Positions 27,585 to 39,539 of a stretch of DNA of 64,000 nucleotides are shown piece by piece (positions within the stretch are counted from its first letter, which is position 1; the number at the start of each line of letters is the position of its first letter). The DNA is from Octopus sinensis (lineage: Eukaryota), in contig NC_043003.1 of the NCBI RefSeq assembly GCF_006345805.1, positions 27,156,001 to 27,220,000 on the forward strand, in the 5' to 3' direction. A program made the translations under genes and the position numbers. The notes below the pieces were generated by a model. That model was not told the DNA's origin. It worked only from the letters and a program-made list of their open reading frames with translations, and did no database searches.

Positions 27585-29640
27585 TGCATGAGTAGCAGGC
27601 TTGCTGTCTGCAGCTTACGGTACTATACTATCTGTTCTTTTCAACTATCTAATACTTCCTTGATTATTCTGGCTGTGCCAAAGAAGCAAACCTTTTGTAA
27701 CAGTTCTACTACGTACAGTATTCTGATTTCCTTTTATTCCTCTTGATGCCTTCTGATACTGTCCCCAACGACCCAACAATAATTAGCACTATCTTCACCT
27801 TCTTCATATTCCAGAACCGGACTGTTTCGTATTTAAGAGGGTCGTATTTATCTACGTTTTCCCCTTCCTTCTTGACTATTCGTGGGTCAAAGGGACACGC
27901 AAAAGCAACTATACAGCACATGTGGTGCATCTTATCGACCACCACTAGGTCCGGCCTGTTATATTCTAGCACCTGATCTGTTTGGATTGGGAAATCCCAG
28001 AGGATTTTGCTAGTTTCCGATTCCACCACTCTCTGCGATTTATGCTCATACTATGTCTTGCCTCTCTCTAGCTCCCACTTTTCGCACAGTTTCGCCACAA
28101 CTTGTAGAGGTTTAGAGCAAGTCTAGGGTCTTCGTTCGTGATATGCAATGGTTTCGTCCACTCTATTACAGATGCGGCACAGCGGAGATACTTGCTCATT
28201 CTAAAAGTTGATCCTCCAGTTCGTGGCCAAAGCTTTGTCTTGCGCTGCTAGCAAAATGCTCTCAGTGTCTTTTTTTTCGGTGTTCCTTTCTTCAGCCAAT
28301 CCCACCTATGTCTTCCAGCAACTTCAGTTGTGGCTACATGGAATTGATTTTGTAGCACCTTGTTGCGTAATACTTCTACATGTACTTCTTCCTTTGTTTT
28401 CCCCTTTTTCTCTGCTTTCAATACTCCCTCATTCCTAACTGACACCAGCAAAGTTCTCTTACTTTGAGATAAGTATCTCATTAAGCGCTCGAGTTCGATA
28501 CCTACGCAGTCTTCCACACTTATCAGTCCCCTTCCATCATTTGCTCTCTTCATGTATAGGCGATCAGTGTTTGCATGTGGATGATGGGCTCCATGCAGCG
28601 TTCGGAGCTTTCTTGACTTCTTGTCCAACTCTTTTAGCACCTCTTCAGTCCACTTCAGGATTCCAGCGCCATACCGAACAACTGCGCCTGCGCACGAGTT
28701 TATTGTCGAAATTATGTTTCTGGCATTCAACGTTTAAGTCAATATTTTTATTACTCGCCGCAGGTACTCTTTCATTGTCTTTTTTCTCATATCATTGTAT
28801 TTAATTCCATCTGCCTCAAATATTATCAGATATTTATAACCGGACTGAGTTTCAATTGCCTTCATAATTTCACCACTTGGCATACATATGCCTTCTGGCT
28901 GTGTGGTAAGTAGCTTGCTTACCAACTACATGGTTCCGAGTTCATTCCCACTGCGTGGCATCTTGGGCAAGTGTTTTCTACAATAGCTTCGGGCCGACCA
29001 AAGCCTTGTGAGTAGATTTGGTAGACGGAAACTGAAAGACTCCCGTCGTATATATGTATATATATATATATTTGTGTGTATGTTTGTGTGTCTGTGTTTG
29101 TCTCCCTAACATTGCTTGACAACTGATGCTGGTATGCTTATGTCCCCGTTACTTAGCGGTTCGGCAAAAGAGACCGATAGTATAAGTGCTAGGCTTACAA
29201 AGAATAAGTCCCCAGGTCGATTTGCTCGACTAAAGGCGGTGCTCCAGCATGGCCGCTGTCAAATGACTGAAACAAGTAAAAGAGTAAAAGAGTCTCATCA
29301 ACATTGTGGCCAATTTTGAGAGACCAAACTCCATAATTCGAGAAAATCCGCACAAACTCTATTTTCACTTCTAATACCTGATTTCCTGGTGTCAATTCAG
29401 TTCTCCAGTTCATGCTGTTCCGTACAAGGCTTCTCATGTTTTCTGCTACTCCATAAATTCCGATGATTCTTGTTATATTTTTTCCAGTTCTGCCTGCTAC
29501 TACTCTTTGTTTCAATTCTTCAGTATCGCATCATACCCTCTATCTCTTATTCTATATGTTCTTCCCAGTCTTATTTTTATGCTTCCGTTCTGCAATTCCC
29601 CTCTTTTCAATCCATCAATTTCTTCTAGATGATTTTTTAA
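27585..29640 (-). pseudogene. R4/Dong-like LINE fragment interrupted by a SINE
   Basis: YKYL..FE, RLYMKRANDGRGLISVEDC, ILWDFPIQTD..RPDLVVVD and IIVGSLG (REL domain). Frameshifted. Confidence 0.85.
28896..29293 (+). mobile_element. SINE family A inserted in the LINE
   Basis: tggctgtgtggtaagtagcttgcttaccaac...gactgaaacaagtaaaagagtaaaagagt. Confidence 0.9.
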
Positions 29641-29670
29641 ACTGTCATTATTGAACTGTTAGTATTATTA

Positions 29671-29725
<55 letters not shown>

Positions 29726-30029
29726 CATCATCATCATCATCATCATCGTCGTCGTCGTCGTCGTCGTCATCATCATCATCATCATCATCATTATTACTCA
29801 GAATTGTTAGCACGCCGGGCAAAGTCATTATCGGCATTTTGTCCGTCTTTGGTTTACAGTTTCTGTGATTCTCTTTATTTTGGAATCCATTGTATTTATA
29901 ATTTTTTCCGCGGACGGATCTGATTTTTGATCCCTTAAAGTACTGGGGACGTCTGGTTTTTCTGGTAGTCAAGTTCTGCCTGGTTGGCTTATATACATAT
30001 ACATACACACACACACCACCACACACACA

Positions 30030-30052
30030 CACCATATATATATATAATATAT

Positions 30053-30087
<35 letters not shown>

Positions 30088-30133
30088 CCAATATAAACAT
30101 AAACATAATATATATATATGTACATGTATATAC

Positions 30134-30164
<31 letters not shown>

Positions 30165-30167
30165 TAG

Positions 30168-30198
<31 letters not shown>

Positions 30199-30219
30199 TG
30201 TATATACATATATATGATG

Positions 30220-30276
<57 letters not shown>

Positions 30277-30282
30277 TATATA

Positions 30283-30324
<42 letters not shown>

Positions 30325-30409
30325 TAAGCAATAAAGGTTTTAGAACGAATTGCCTTACCATATACCGAATTTATATTATATTAAATATATATTATATAAA
30401 ATATATATA

Positions 30410-30440
<31 letters not shown>

Positions 30441-30498
30441 CAATATATATACATAAACATACATATATATATATGTACATGTATTACATATATATATG

Positions 30499-30530
<32 letters not shown>

Positions 30531-30603
30531 CTATATATATCTATATATATACTATATGTACATTATATACATATATATATGTATATATTATATATATATA
30601 TAT

Positions 30604-30647
<44 letters not shown>

Positions 30648-30768
30648 GATATATATTATATATATATATATATTCTATATATATACTAAGCAATAAAGGG
30701 TTAGCAACGAATTGCCTTACCATATACCGAATTTATATATATATATAATATATATATTATAAATATAT

Positions 30769-30813
<45 letters not shown>

Positions 30814-30900
30814 ATATCATCTACATAACATCATATATATATTGTACATGGTATATACAATATATATATTGTATATATATATTATTATATAATATATATA

Positions 30901-30949
<49 letters not shown>

Positions 30950-30999
30950 TAAGCAATAACGGGTTTAGCAACGAATTGCCTTACCATATACCGAATTTA
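30030..30999. repeat. TA-rich array containing three copies of a ~53-bp unique segment (30321, 30683, 30947)
   Basis: atactaagcaataa...acgaattgccttaccatataccgaattta occurs three times, with similar noisy spacers. Confidence 0.85.
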
Positions 31000-31132
31000 G
31001 AAATAGCAGTCAAAGAGTTAAGCTATTTCTTCTACTAAAAGGGGAGATCTCAGTAAAAACAGCAATTGGAAGGCAGACACAAACAGGTAAGAGAGAATGA
31101 ATTGACGGCAATCTATCATACAATTTTAGTTA

Positions 31133-31233
31133 TCTACGGACGTACGTTTCGAAATCAAGTTTTTAGGAAAGCATAAGATTAAATATTAAATAATTCTATC
31201 TTACCAAAAAACTTCTTTTCTCTTCAGCGTAGA
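31133..31233 (-). ncRNA. Type I hammerhead ribozyme with long stem II
   Basis: rc: tctacg CTGAAGA [gaaa.gaagtttttt...taagat...atctta...aaaaactt.atttc] GAAAC GTAC GTC cgtaga. Perfect 6-bp stem I, palindromic stem III ACGTACGT, GUC site. Confidence 0.85.
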
Positions 31234-31545
31234 ATACTATATCATAAATGATTATATTTGAATTTTGAGATACTAGAAGGCACCACTCAACTCAGTATCA
31301 GAGCGAGCTAGAATCCGCAACTAGTATCACCAAATTCAATGTGTGAATGGAAAGATTGTGTCACCAGCCCCTTCCCACCCGCGTGTAGCCAAAACAAGAT
31401 GCTGTGGTCATCTACTGAGATAAAATATGGTTATCCGTAATAATGAAGGGTGAAATTAATTAATTTGGAATAATTATCAATTACACCAAGTAGTCAAATA
31501 TATATATATATATAATCAGAATAAGCAACAAAAATGACTCCGGTA

Positions 31546-31634
31546 ATTTGGTACAATTGTTTCGCACTACATCATTTTATTAAAAGCTTTAGTATTACAG
31601 CAGATTTAAGATGCTGAGTGCTCATCAGCCAAAT
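31546..31634 (-). ncRNA. Type I hammerhead ribozyme with long stem II
   Basis: rc: atttgg CTGATGA GCACT...AGTGC GAAAC AATT GTA ccaaat. Canonical core, 6-bp stem I, palindromic ACAATTGT, GUA site. Confidence 0.9.
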
Positions 31635-31807
31635 ATATAGATTTTCCATTAATACAAAAGCTTTCAAATCAAGTAGTAACATTATAAAGAAGGTAGATAT
31701 ACAGATAAAAATGTAGATTTAATTTTAAGAACATATGAGGTTGTAAAGTTCTGCCACTGACTGACCAGGTTATGGCTGTATCTAACTGTTAAATATTATA
31801 TATATAT

Positions 31808-31852
<45 letters not shown>

Positions 31853-31939
31853 TAATATATATATATATATATACCTATACATATATATATGAATATATAC
31901 ACATATACATATATATGTGTGTACATATATATATATATA

Positions 31940-32231
31940 TCACCGTGATCATCGTGATCGACGAGGCTATCAGATGTTGCTACACATCGCTGGTCACAAT
32001 GCGCTTTGTATTGGTTTAGCCTTCAAATGACGCCACCCCGCTGGCTACACGAGCAGACCAACAGAAGAAAGAGAGAAAGTTGTGGCGAAAGAGTACAGCA
32101 GGGATCGTCACGACCCTCTACCGGAGCCTCGCGGAGCTTTAAGTGTTTTCGCTCAATAACCACCCAGAACGCCAGGTCTGGGAATCTAAACCGCGAGCCC
32201 GCTACCCTAACCACTGGTCCATTGCGCCTCC
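31940..32231 (-). mobile_element. SINE family B with a third tail type
   Basis: rc head ggaggcgcaatggaccagtggttaggg is shared with 33353 and 34607. The 3' part (31940-32060) differs. Confidence 0.8.
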
Positions 32232-32261
32232 GCATATATATATACATGTATATATATATAC

Positions 32262-32362
<101 letters not shown>

Positions 32363-33352
32363 TATGCATAAGCACTTAAGCAACGTTGCTGCTTGACAGG
32401 TGGGCCAAGGGAACGATCTCGTTCATTGCACACCCTCCTCCTGGTTCGAAGGCTTGTACCTCCAGACAGCTAGTCGGCTCTGGCTGCTGGAACTGAAACT
32501 AGCACGACACTGCTGGAAGGTAGGTTTATAGCGGGCGCGGAACAAAATTACATGTCCTTACCCTCTATTGGTCAGTTGAAGCTTAGATAGTGTCACGTGA
32601 CAGTTAGTTAGTGCTGGCTGCTGGAGCCTACAGGCAAGTATTTAGAGGGAAGTTTGGCAGGATGGTCATTCTCCTGCTGACATTCGTTGACGCTGCAACG
32701 AAGAAACCAACGAACAAAAGAAGGGGAAAAAAAGGAGAAAGCAAAAACAAACGCACCCAACACCAAAGTTGTTGATGCCTCGATGGGTGAGGCCCCGCTA
32801 CGTCGAAAACGGTAGAGGAGTAGGGACCAAAACCGGACGACGGTAGTATTTAGATTCAGACGATTATATTTTGTTCCAATTATTAAAAATCATTTTTGTT
32901 AATTTAATGTACAATAACAAATGTTCTCAAAGCCAATCTTCATTTTTATTTTCAGACAACTGAACCGTGACCAGTCGTTGGTGCTGATGCAATCTATGAA
33001 GATGACGAGTATATGCGTGTGTAAAAACAAATAAACTTTTTGTTGCTTTAAACAACTACATGTTTTGTGTTTTTGTTTGTTTTATGTGTAACTTTTTCAC
33101 ATCTTATTTATTTCTTTTAGTCTGTGATTAGTATGTGTTTTTATCAGTCGTTGTTGTTGTATTTGCTGTTGCTGCTGTAGATGTTATCTAACCCCAGGTC
33201 AGTTATGACTAAGCTAGGACTTATCATCTAAGGAGTCGCGAGCAGCCATCACTACACCATAAATTCCCCAAGTATATATTATAATGCACAGGGTAATATA
33301 ATACAAAACAAAACTAGATAGGGAAACATTAGTCAACAATACATGTATAGTC

Positions 33353-33677
33353 GGAGGCGCAATGGCCCAGTGTTTAGGGCAGCGGACTCGCGGTCGGAGG
33401 ATTGCGGTTTCGATTCCCAGACCGGGCGTTGTGTGTGTTTAATGAGCGAAAACACCTAAAGCTCCACGAGGCTCCGGCAGGGAGGTGGTGGCGAACCCCT
33501 GTTGTACTCTTTTGCCCCAACTTTCTCGCACTCTTTCTTCCTGTTTCTTGAATAACGCTGCGATGGACTGGCGTCACGTCCAGCTGGGGAGGGGGAGCAC
33601 ATATGCCACAGAAACCGGGAAAACGGACCCATGAGCCTTGCTAGGCTTGAAAAGGGCGCATAAAAAAATTTATAAAA
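33353..33677 (+). mobile_element. SINE family B with A-rich tail and 11-bp TSD
   Basis: A/B box head. TSD acatgtatagt at 33341-33351 and 33678-33688. Confidence 0.9.
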
Positions 33678-33788
33678 ACATGTATAGTACACAGAATTTC
33701 TCAAAAATAAAGGATCAGTGATGAAAGCACAACTCAGTAACACGACGCAAAGCTAAAATACATTCACATACACCGTGCACTAGCCATG

Positions 33789-34121
33789 TGAAGGCGCATG
33801 GCTTGGCGGTTGTGGTATTCGGTTCACAATCATAAGATGGTAAGTTCGATCCCTGATGACGTGTCGTGTCCTTAAGCAAGACACTATATTACACGTTACT
33901 CCAGTTCATTCAACTGGCAAAATGAGTAGTGCCTGTAATTCAGAGAAGCAGCCCTGTCACATTCTGTGTCACGCTGAATCTCAGGATGTTAACTATGTTA
34001 AGGGTACTTGTGTCTGTGGAATGCTCAACCACTTGTACGTTAATTTCACGAAGTAGCTGTTCCGTTGATCGGATCAACTGGAACCCTCGTCATCGTAACC
34101 GACGGAGGGCCAGTTAGTTTA
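33789..34121 (+). mobile_element. SINE family B variant with TSD
   Basis: tgaaggcgcatggcttggcgg...gttcgatccc head. TSD cactagccatg (33778) / cactagtcatg (34122). Confidence 0.85.
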
Positions 34122-34230
34122 CACTAGTCATGATCAACTAGACAGAAAAACCTTAGTCAATAACACATCTATAGTACACAGAATTTCTCACAAAAAAATA
34201 AAGGATCAATGATGAATGCACAGCTCAGTA

Positions 34231-34608
34231 GAGAAGCACTCCGTCGGTTACGACGACGAGGGTTCCGGTTGATCCGAATCAACGGAACAGCCTGCTCGTG
34301 AAATTAACGTGTAAGTGGCTGAGCACTCCACAGACACGTGCACCCTTAACGTAGTTCTCGGGGATATTCAGCGTGACACAGAGAATGACAAGACCGGCCC
34401 TTTGAAATACAGGTACAACAGAAACAGGAAGTAAGAGTGAGAGAAAGTTGTGGTGAAAGAGTACAGCAGGGATCACCACCATCCCCTGCCGGAGCCTCGT
34501 GGAGCTTTAGGTGTTTTCGCTCAATAAACACTCACAACGCCCGGTCTGGGAATCGAAACCGCGATCCTATGACCGCAAGTCCGCTGCCCTAACCACTGGG
34601 CGCCTCCA
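34231..34608 (-). mobile_element. SINE family B with TSD
   Basis: rc head as at 33353. TSD cacagctcagta (34219) / cacagttcagta (34609). Confidence 0.88.
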
Positions 34609-35040
34609 CACAGTTCAGTAACATAACATTGCGCCTCCACACAGTTCAGTAACATAACATTGCGCCTCCACACAGTTCAGTAACACAACACAGTAACACA
34701 ATTTACACACACCGTACACTACTCATGAATAGAAAGAAAGCATTCCCTAAGTGATGATGACGTATACACGAAAATTCAAAATCCCGGTGATAGTTTCCAC
34801 ACCAGTCATATTGGGCAACCCACACAGCTTAATAGAAAATAGGTACCACCTGATTTAATTCAACCTATTGAATTAATATCGATACCTTAATCGGAAATTT
34901 TTTTCTTTAATCTTGCAAAAGTGTGCTTCCATCCCGAACATAAATATAGGAAATATTCGCCGTAAATTCATTTCAAATTATCTTCATAACATTAAAGAAC
35001 TTCGCTAATATCATGCTATCAGTTAATTATGGTGATGATA

Positions 35041-35074
<34 letters not shown>

Positions 35075-35109
35075 CGACGACGATGACGTTGATGATAATG
35101 ATGATGATC

Positions 35110-35162
<53 letters not shown>

Positions 35163-35306
35163 CCTTTCTTCTATAGGCCTGAAATTATTCCAGTGCATAA
35201 CTGGTACTTTATTTATAAACAGCGAAAGGATGGAATGCAAAGATAACATCAGCGGAATAATAATAGCAACAACAACAACAATAATAATAATGTTATGATG
35301 ATGATG

Positions 35307-35342
<36 letters not shown>

Positions 35343-35369
35343 TAATAATAATAATAATAATAATGATTT

Positions 35370-35623
35370 CCAATTTTGGCACAAGGCTAGCAATTTCGGG
35401 GGAGAAGTAAGTCGATTGCATCGACCACAGCACTCAAATGGTCCTTATTTTATAATATAATTATAATAATCCTTTCTGTAATAGGCACAAGCACTTGACT
35501 GGTACTTAATTTATCGGCCTTGAAAAGTTGGTCACAGTAGAATTTGAACTCAGAACGCAGCGACAGATGAAATACTGTGAGGCATTTCACCCGGCGTGCT
35601 AATGATTCTTTCAGCTCACTGCC

Positions 35624-35625
<2 letters not shown>
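35370..35625 (-). mobile_element. SINE family C fragments in (TAA)n
   Basis: rc aaggcagtgagctgaaagaatcattagcacgccggg head at 35625. Two 3'-end pieces containing ggcacaag. Confidence 0.7.
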
Positions 35626-35689
<64 letters not shown>

Positions 35690-35695
<6 letters not shown>

Positions 35696-36323
35696 CATAT
35701 TATCTCTGGCTGCCCAGTCCTGGCTAAGAAGGAATATATTCACAGACATGACAGAGTTGGAACCTACATACACTGGAAGCTATGCCAACATTATGGAATA
35801 ACAACAGAAAAAAGATGGTATAGGCACACACCAGAAAAGGTCACAGAAAACGGGAAAGCAACCATACTCTGGGATATGCCGATATATACAGATAGAGAAA
35901 TTAAGGCCAACAGACCAGATATAGTTGTCAGAGATCATGAAGAAAAAAAATGCTTTCTAATTGATGTATCAATACCGGCAGATGACAACGTATCTCTAAA
36001 AGAAATGGAGAAACTTTCAAAATACAAAGACCTGGAAAAAGAGGTAACCAGAATGTGGAATCTAAAAACAGAAACAATTCCTATCATAGTAGGTGCATTA
36101 GGCATGATAAAAAAATATTCAGACAAATACATAACAAAAACACCAGGACTTACAAACACATATAACATACAGAAAATTGCACTACTAGGCACTGCACACA
36201 TCCTACGCAGAACACTTTCCATACAATAACCATCAGAGCATCACAACAAATCACAGCACATACCTAAGGCACACAGAGCTGCGCTCGGTAGTGAAGTGAA
36301 AGCACGCTATACAAATAAAACTA

Positions 36324-36326
<3 letters not shown>
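35690..36326 (+). mobile_element. 5'-truncated R4/Dong-like LINE in (TAA)n
   Basis: HIISGC-RHD-PDIVV-EKLSKY-GALG REL domain. Nearly identical to 38260-38902. (AAT)n on both sides. Confidence 0.92.
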
Positions 36327-36410
<84 letters not shown>

Positions 36411-36636
36411 TACAGCAAATATTCTGCTCAATACCACAGATTTGCTTGTCAGTTGTTTGACCTTAACCAGTTGAGCATGTCCCTTAGTGGCTGACGATAT
36501 GTGCATCTCTGATCACGAGCAGAAGTAGTGGGGGAGCATCATAGCCATGTGTTGAGAGGGTAGTCATGATGGGTATATTGGGCTTCGTATATTTTACCCC
36601 AGTGTCACTTTGATGGCATGAACTGCTCTCTCACTC
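36411..36636 (+). mobile_element. Internally deleted copy of the ~550-bp non-coding (TAA)n-associated element
   Basis: Matches 37194-37342 joined directly to 37569-37647. Confidence 0.85.
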
Positions 36637-36654
36637 AATAATAATAATAATAAT

Positions 36655-37049
36655 AATTTCTACTATAGGCACAAGGCCTGAAATTTGGGGGAGGGTTATA
36701 GTCGATTACATCGACCCCAGCACTCAACTGTTACTTAATTTATAGACCCCGAAATGATGAGAGGCGAAGTCCACCTCGGCAGAATTTGAACTCAGGACGT
36801 AGCGGCAGACGAAATACCTATTTCTTTACTACCCACAAGGGGTTAAACACAGAGAGGACAAGCAAGACAGACAAACGGATTAAGTCGATTATATCGACCC
36901 CAGTGCGTAACTGGTCCTTAATTTATCGATCCCGAAAGGACGAAAGGCAAAGTCGACCTCGGCGGAATTTGAACTCAGAACGTAGCGGCAGACGAAATAC
37001 CGCTAAGCATTTCGCCCGGCGTACTAACGATTCTGCCAGCTCGCCGCCT

Positions 37050-37050
<1 letters not shown>
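36655..37050 (-). mobile_element. SINE family C (compound, well preserved)
   Basis: rc aaggcggcgagctggcagaatcgttag...gagttcaaattcc. A second partial unit lies at 36655-36815. Confidence 0.88.
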
Positions 37051-37105
<55 letters not shown>

Positions 37106-37108
<3 letters not shown>

Positions 37109-37647
37109 CAGGCAGTGGCTCTGATGGCTTCTGATCTTAACTGATTGGAAGTGTTATCATGTACATTGTTTTGTCTTGGTATAAAAGATGGGCTACAGCA
37201 AATATTCTGCTCAATACCACAGATTTGCTTGTCAGTTGTTTGACCTTAACCAGTTGAGCATGTCCCTTAGTGGCTGACGATATGTGCATCTCTGATCACG
37301 AGCAGAAGTAGTGGGGGAGCATCATAGCCATGTGTTGAGAGGGATTCTTTGGGGTTTGAATAATTCACCTCTGGAAACATGGGTGGTTCTTTCAACATCC
37401 TTAAACAACCCTTATTCAGGGACCTTTTGAGCGGGATGGGCTACTCAACCTGAAGAAAATTCTAACTGGGCCCCACCTGCAAGGTCATGTGCTGTTTATC
37501 TTGATATGAGATCACCATGTCGCGCACATATGGTTGTGATGCATGTGCCTGGTGTACCCTTATCAGACGGGTAGTCATGATGGGTATATTGGGCTTCGTA
37601 TATTTTACCCCAGTGTCACTTTGATGGCATGCACTGCTCTCTCACTC
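37106..37647 (+). mobile_element. ~550-bp non-coding (TAA)n-associated retroposon-like element
   Basis: Three copies in this window, each flanked by (AAT)n and ending ctgctctctcact. No ORF. Confidence 0.8.
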
Positions 37648-37730
<83 letters not shown>

Positions 37731-37733
<3 letters not shown>

Positions 37734-38902
37734 GAATATATATACAACGTATAGAAGGTGGTAGAGGCCTTATACAGCTGGAAAACTACTATAAAATAAC
37801 CACCATAGGACTGCAAAAATACCTACTTCAGAAGGAAGGAAAACTGATCCAGATAGCGGCAAAACACGAGCAAAACAAAAAACTGTTCTCAGTATTTAAG
37901 GAAGCTGACAAATACAAACAAGAAATCATACCACCTAATAAACATGAAGAAGAAGATGAAGAAACAACAAAAGCTATAAAACAAATGAAATCCAAACTAA
38001 AAATAGAACAGCAACGAACCATGATAAAACGATGGCAAGAAAAGCCCCTTCATGGTAAATACTGGACTAAACTAAACGCAAAAGAAATAGACAAAGAAAA
38101 ATCCCAGCAATGGTTGAGAAGCTCAGGACTCAAAGCAGAAACAGAGGGATTTTTAATTGCAGCACAAGACCAAAGCCTCCCCACCAGAAATTACCAAAGA
38201 CATGTAATGAAAAGAAATATTACAAGTAACTGCAGAATATGTGGAGATGGACAAGAAACAATAAATCATATTATCTCTAGCTGCCCAGTCCTGGCTAAGA
38301 AGGAATATATTCACAGACATGACAGAGTTGGAACTTACATACATTGGAAGCTATGCCAACATTATGGAATAACAACAGAAAAAAGATGGTATAGGCACAC
38401 ACCAGAAAAGGTCACAGAAAACGAGAAAGCAACCATACTCTGGGATATGCCGATACACACAGATAGAGAAATTAAGGCCAACAGACCAGATATAGTTGTC
38501 AGAGACCATGAAGAAAAAAAATGCTTTCTAATTGATGTATCAGTACCGGCAGATGACAACGTATCTCTAAAAGAAATGGAGAAACTCTCAAAATACAAAG
38601 ACCTGGAAATAGAGGTAACTAGAATGTGGAATCTGAAAACAGAAACAATTCCTATCATAGTAGGTGCATTAGGCATGATAAAAAAATATTCAGACAAATA
38701 CATAACAAAAACACCAGGACTTACAAACACATATAACATACAGAAAATTGCACTACTAGGCACTGCACACATCCTACGCAGAACACTTTCCATACAATAA
38801 CCACCAGAGCATCACAACAAATCACAGCACATACCCAAGGCACACAGAGCTGCGCTCGGTAGTGAAGTGAAAGCACGCTATAAAAATAAAAATAAAACTA
38901 CT
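37731..38902 (+). mobile_element. Young 5'-truncated R4/Dong-like LINE (post-RT region, CCHC finger, REL endonuclease)
   Basis: Uninterrupted frame 37733-38800: YIQRIEGGRGL, AQDQ, CRICGDGQETINHIISSC, RHD, PDIVV..D, EKLSKY. (AAT)n target/tail. Confidence 0.95.
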
Positions 38903-38937
38903 GAATAATAATAATAACAATAATAATAATAATAATA

Positions 38938-39490
38938 AATGCCCTCGTGCAATATCAAGCACAGGCCCCCATGGTTTCTGATCTTAACTGATTGGAAGTG
39001 TTATCATGTACATGTTTTGTCTTGGTATAAAAAAAAATAATGGGCTACAACAAATATTCAGCAGGTTTGCTTGTCAGTTGTCTTACCTTAACCAGTTGAA
39101 CATGTCCTTTGGTGGCTGATGATATGGGCATCTTTGATCACGAGCAGTAGCGGGAGAGCATGTGTTAAGAGGAATTCTTTGGCATTTGAATAATTCACCT
39201 CTGGAAGCATAAATGTTTCGTTCAACATCATCTTTCAACATCAGCTTTAAACAACCCTTATTCAGAGACATTTTGAGAGAGATAGGCTACTCGATCTGAA
39301 GAAAATTCTAACTGGACTCCACCTTCAAGGTCATGTGGTGTTTATCTTGATATGAGACTACCATGTCGCTTAGATATGGTGGCGACGCATATGCCTGGTG
39401 TACCCTTATCAGACGGGTAATCACGATGTGCATACCAAGCTTCGTATATTTGTACCCCAATCTTTGATAGCATGCGCTGCTCTCTCACTT
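38938..39490 (+). mobile_element. Older diverged copy of the ~550-bp non-coding element
   Basis: Colinear with 37106-37647 with many substitutions. Confidence 0.8.
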
Positions 39491-39539
39491 AGTAATAACA
39501 ACAATAATGTAACGTATTGTTAGAACATAAATTAGAACA

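Noticed and set aside
30321-30999. CRISPR-like repeat-spacer pattern
   Set aside because: Eukaryotic context, spacers are TA microsatellite of about 210-310 bp, and there are no cas genes.
32955-33035. Acceptor-like site followed by AATAAA (possible terminal exon)
   Set aside because: Such signals are common in AT-rich DNA, and its phase cannot be tied to the other candidate exons.
33353-33425. tRNA-like sequences with A/B boxes
   Set aside because: They are heads of SINEs that continue into repeat bodies with TSDs, not tRNA genes.
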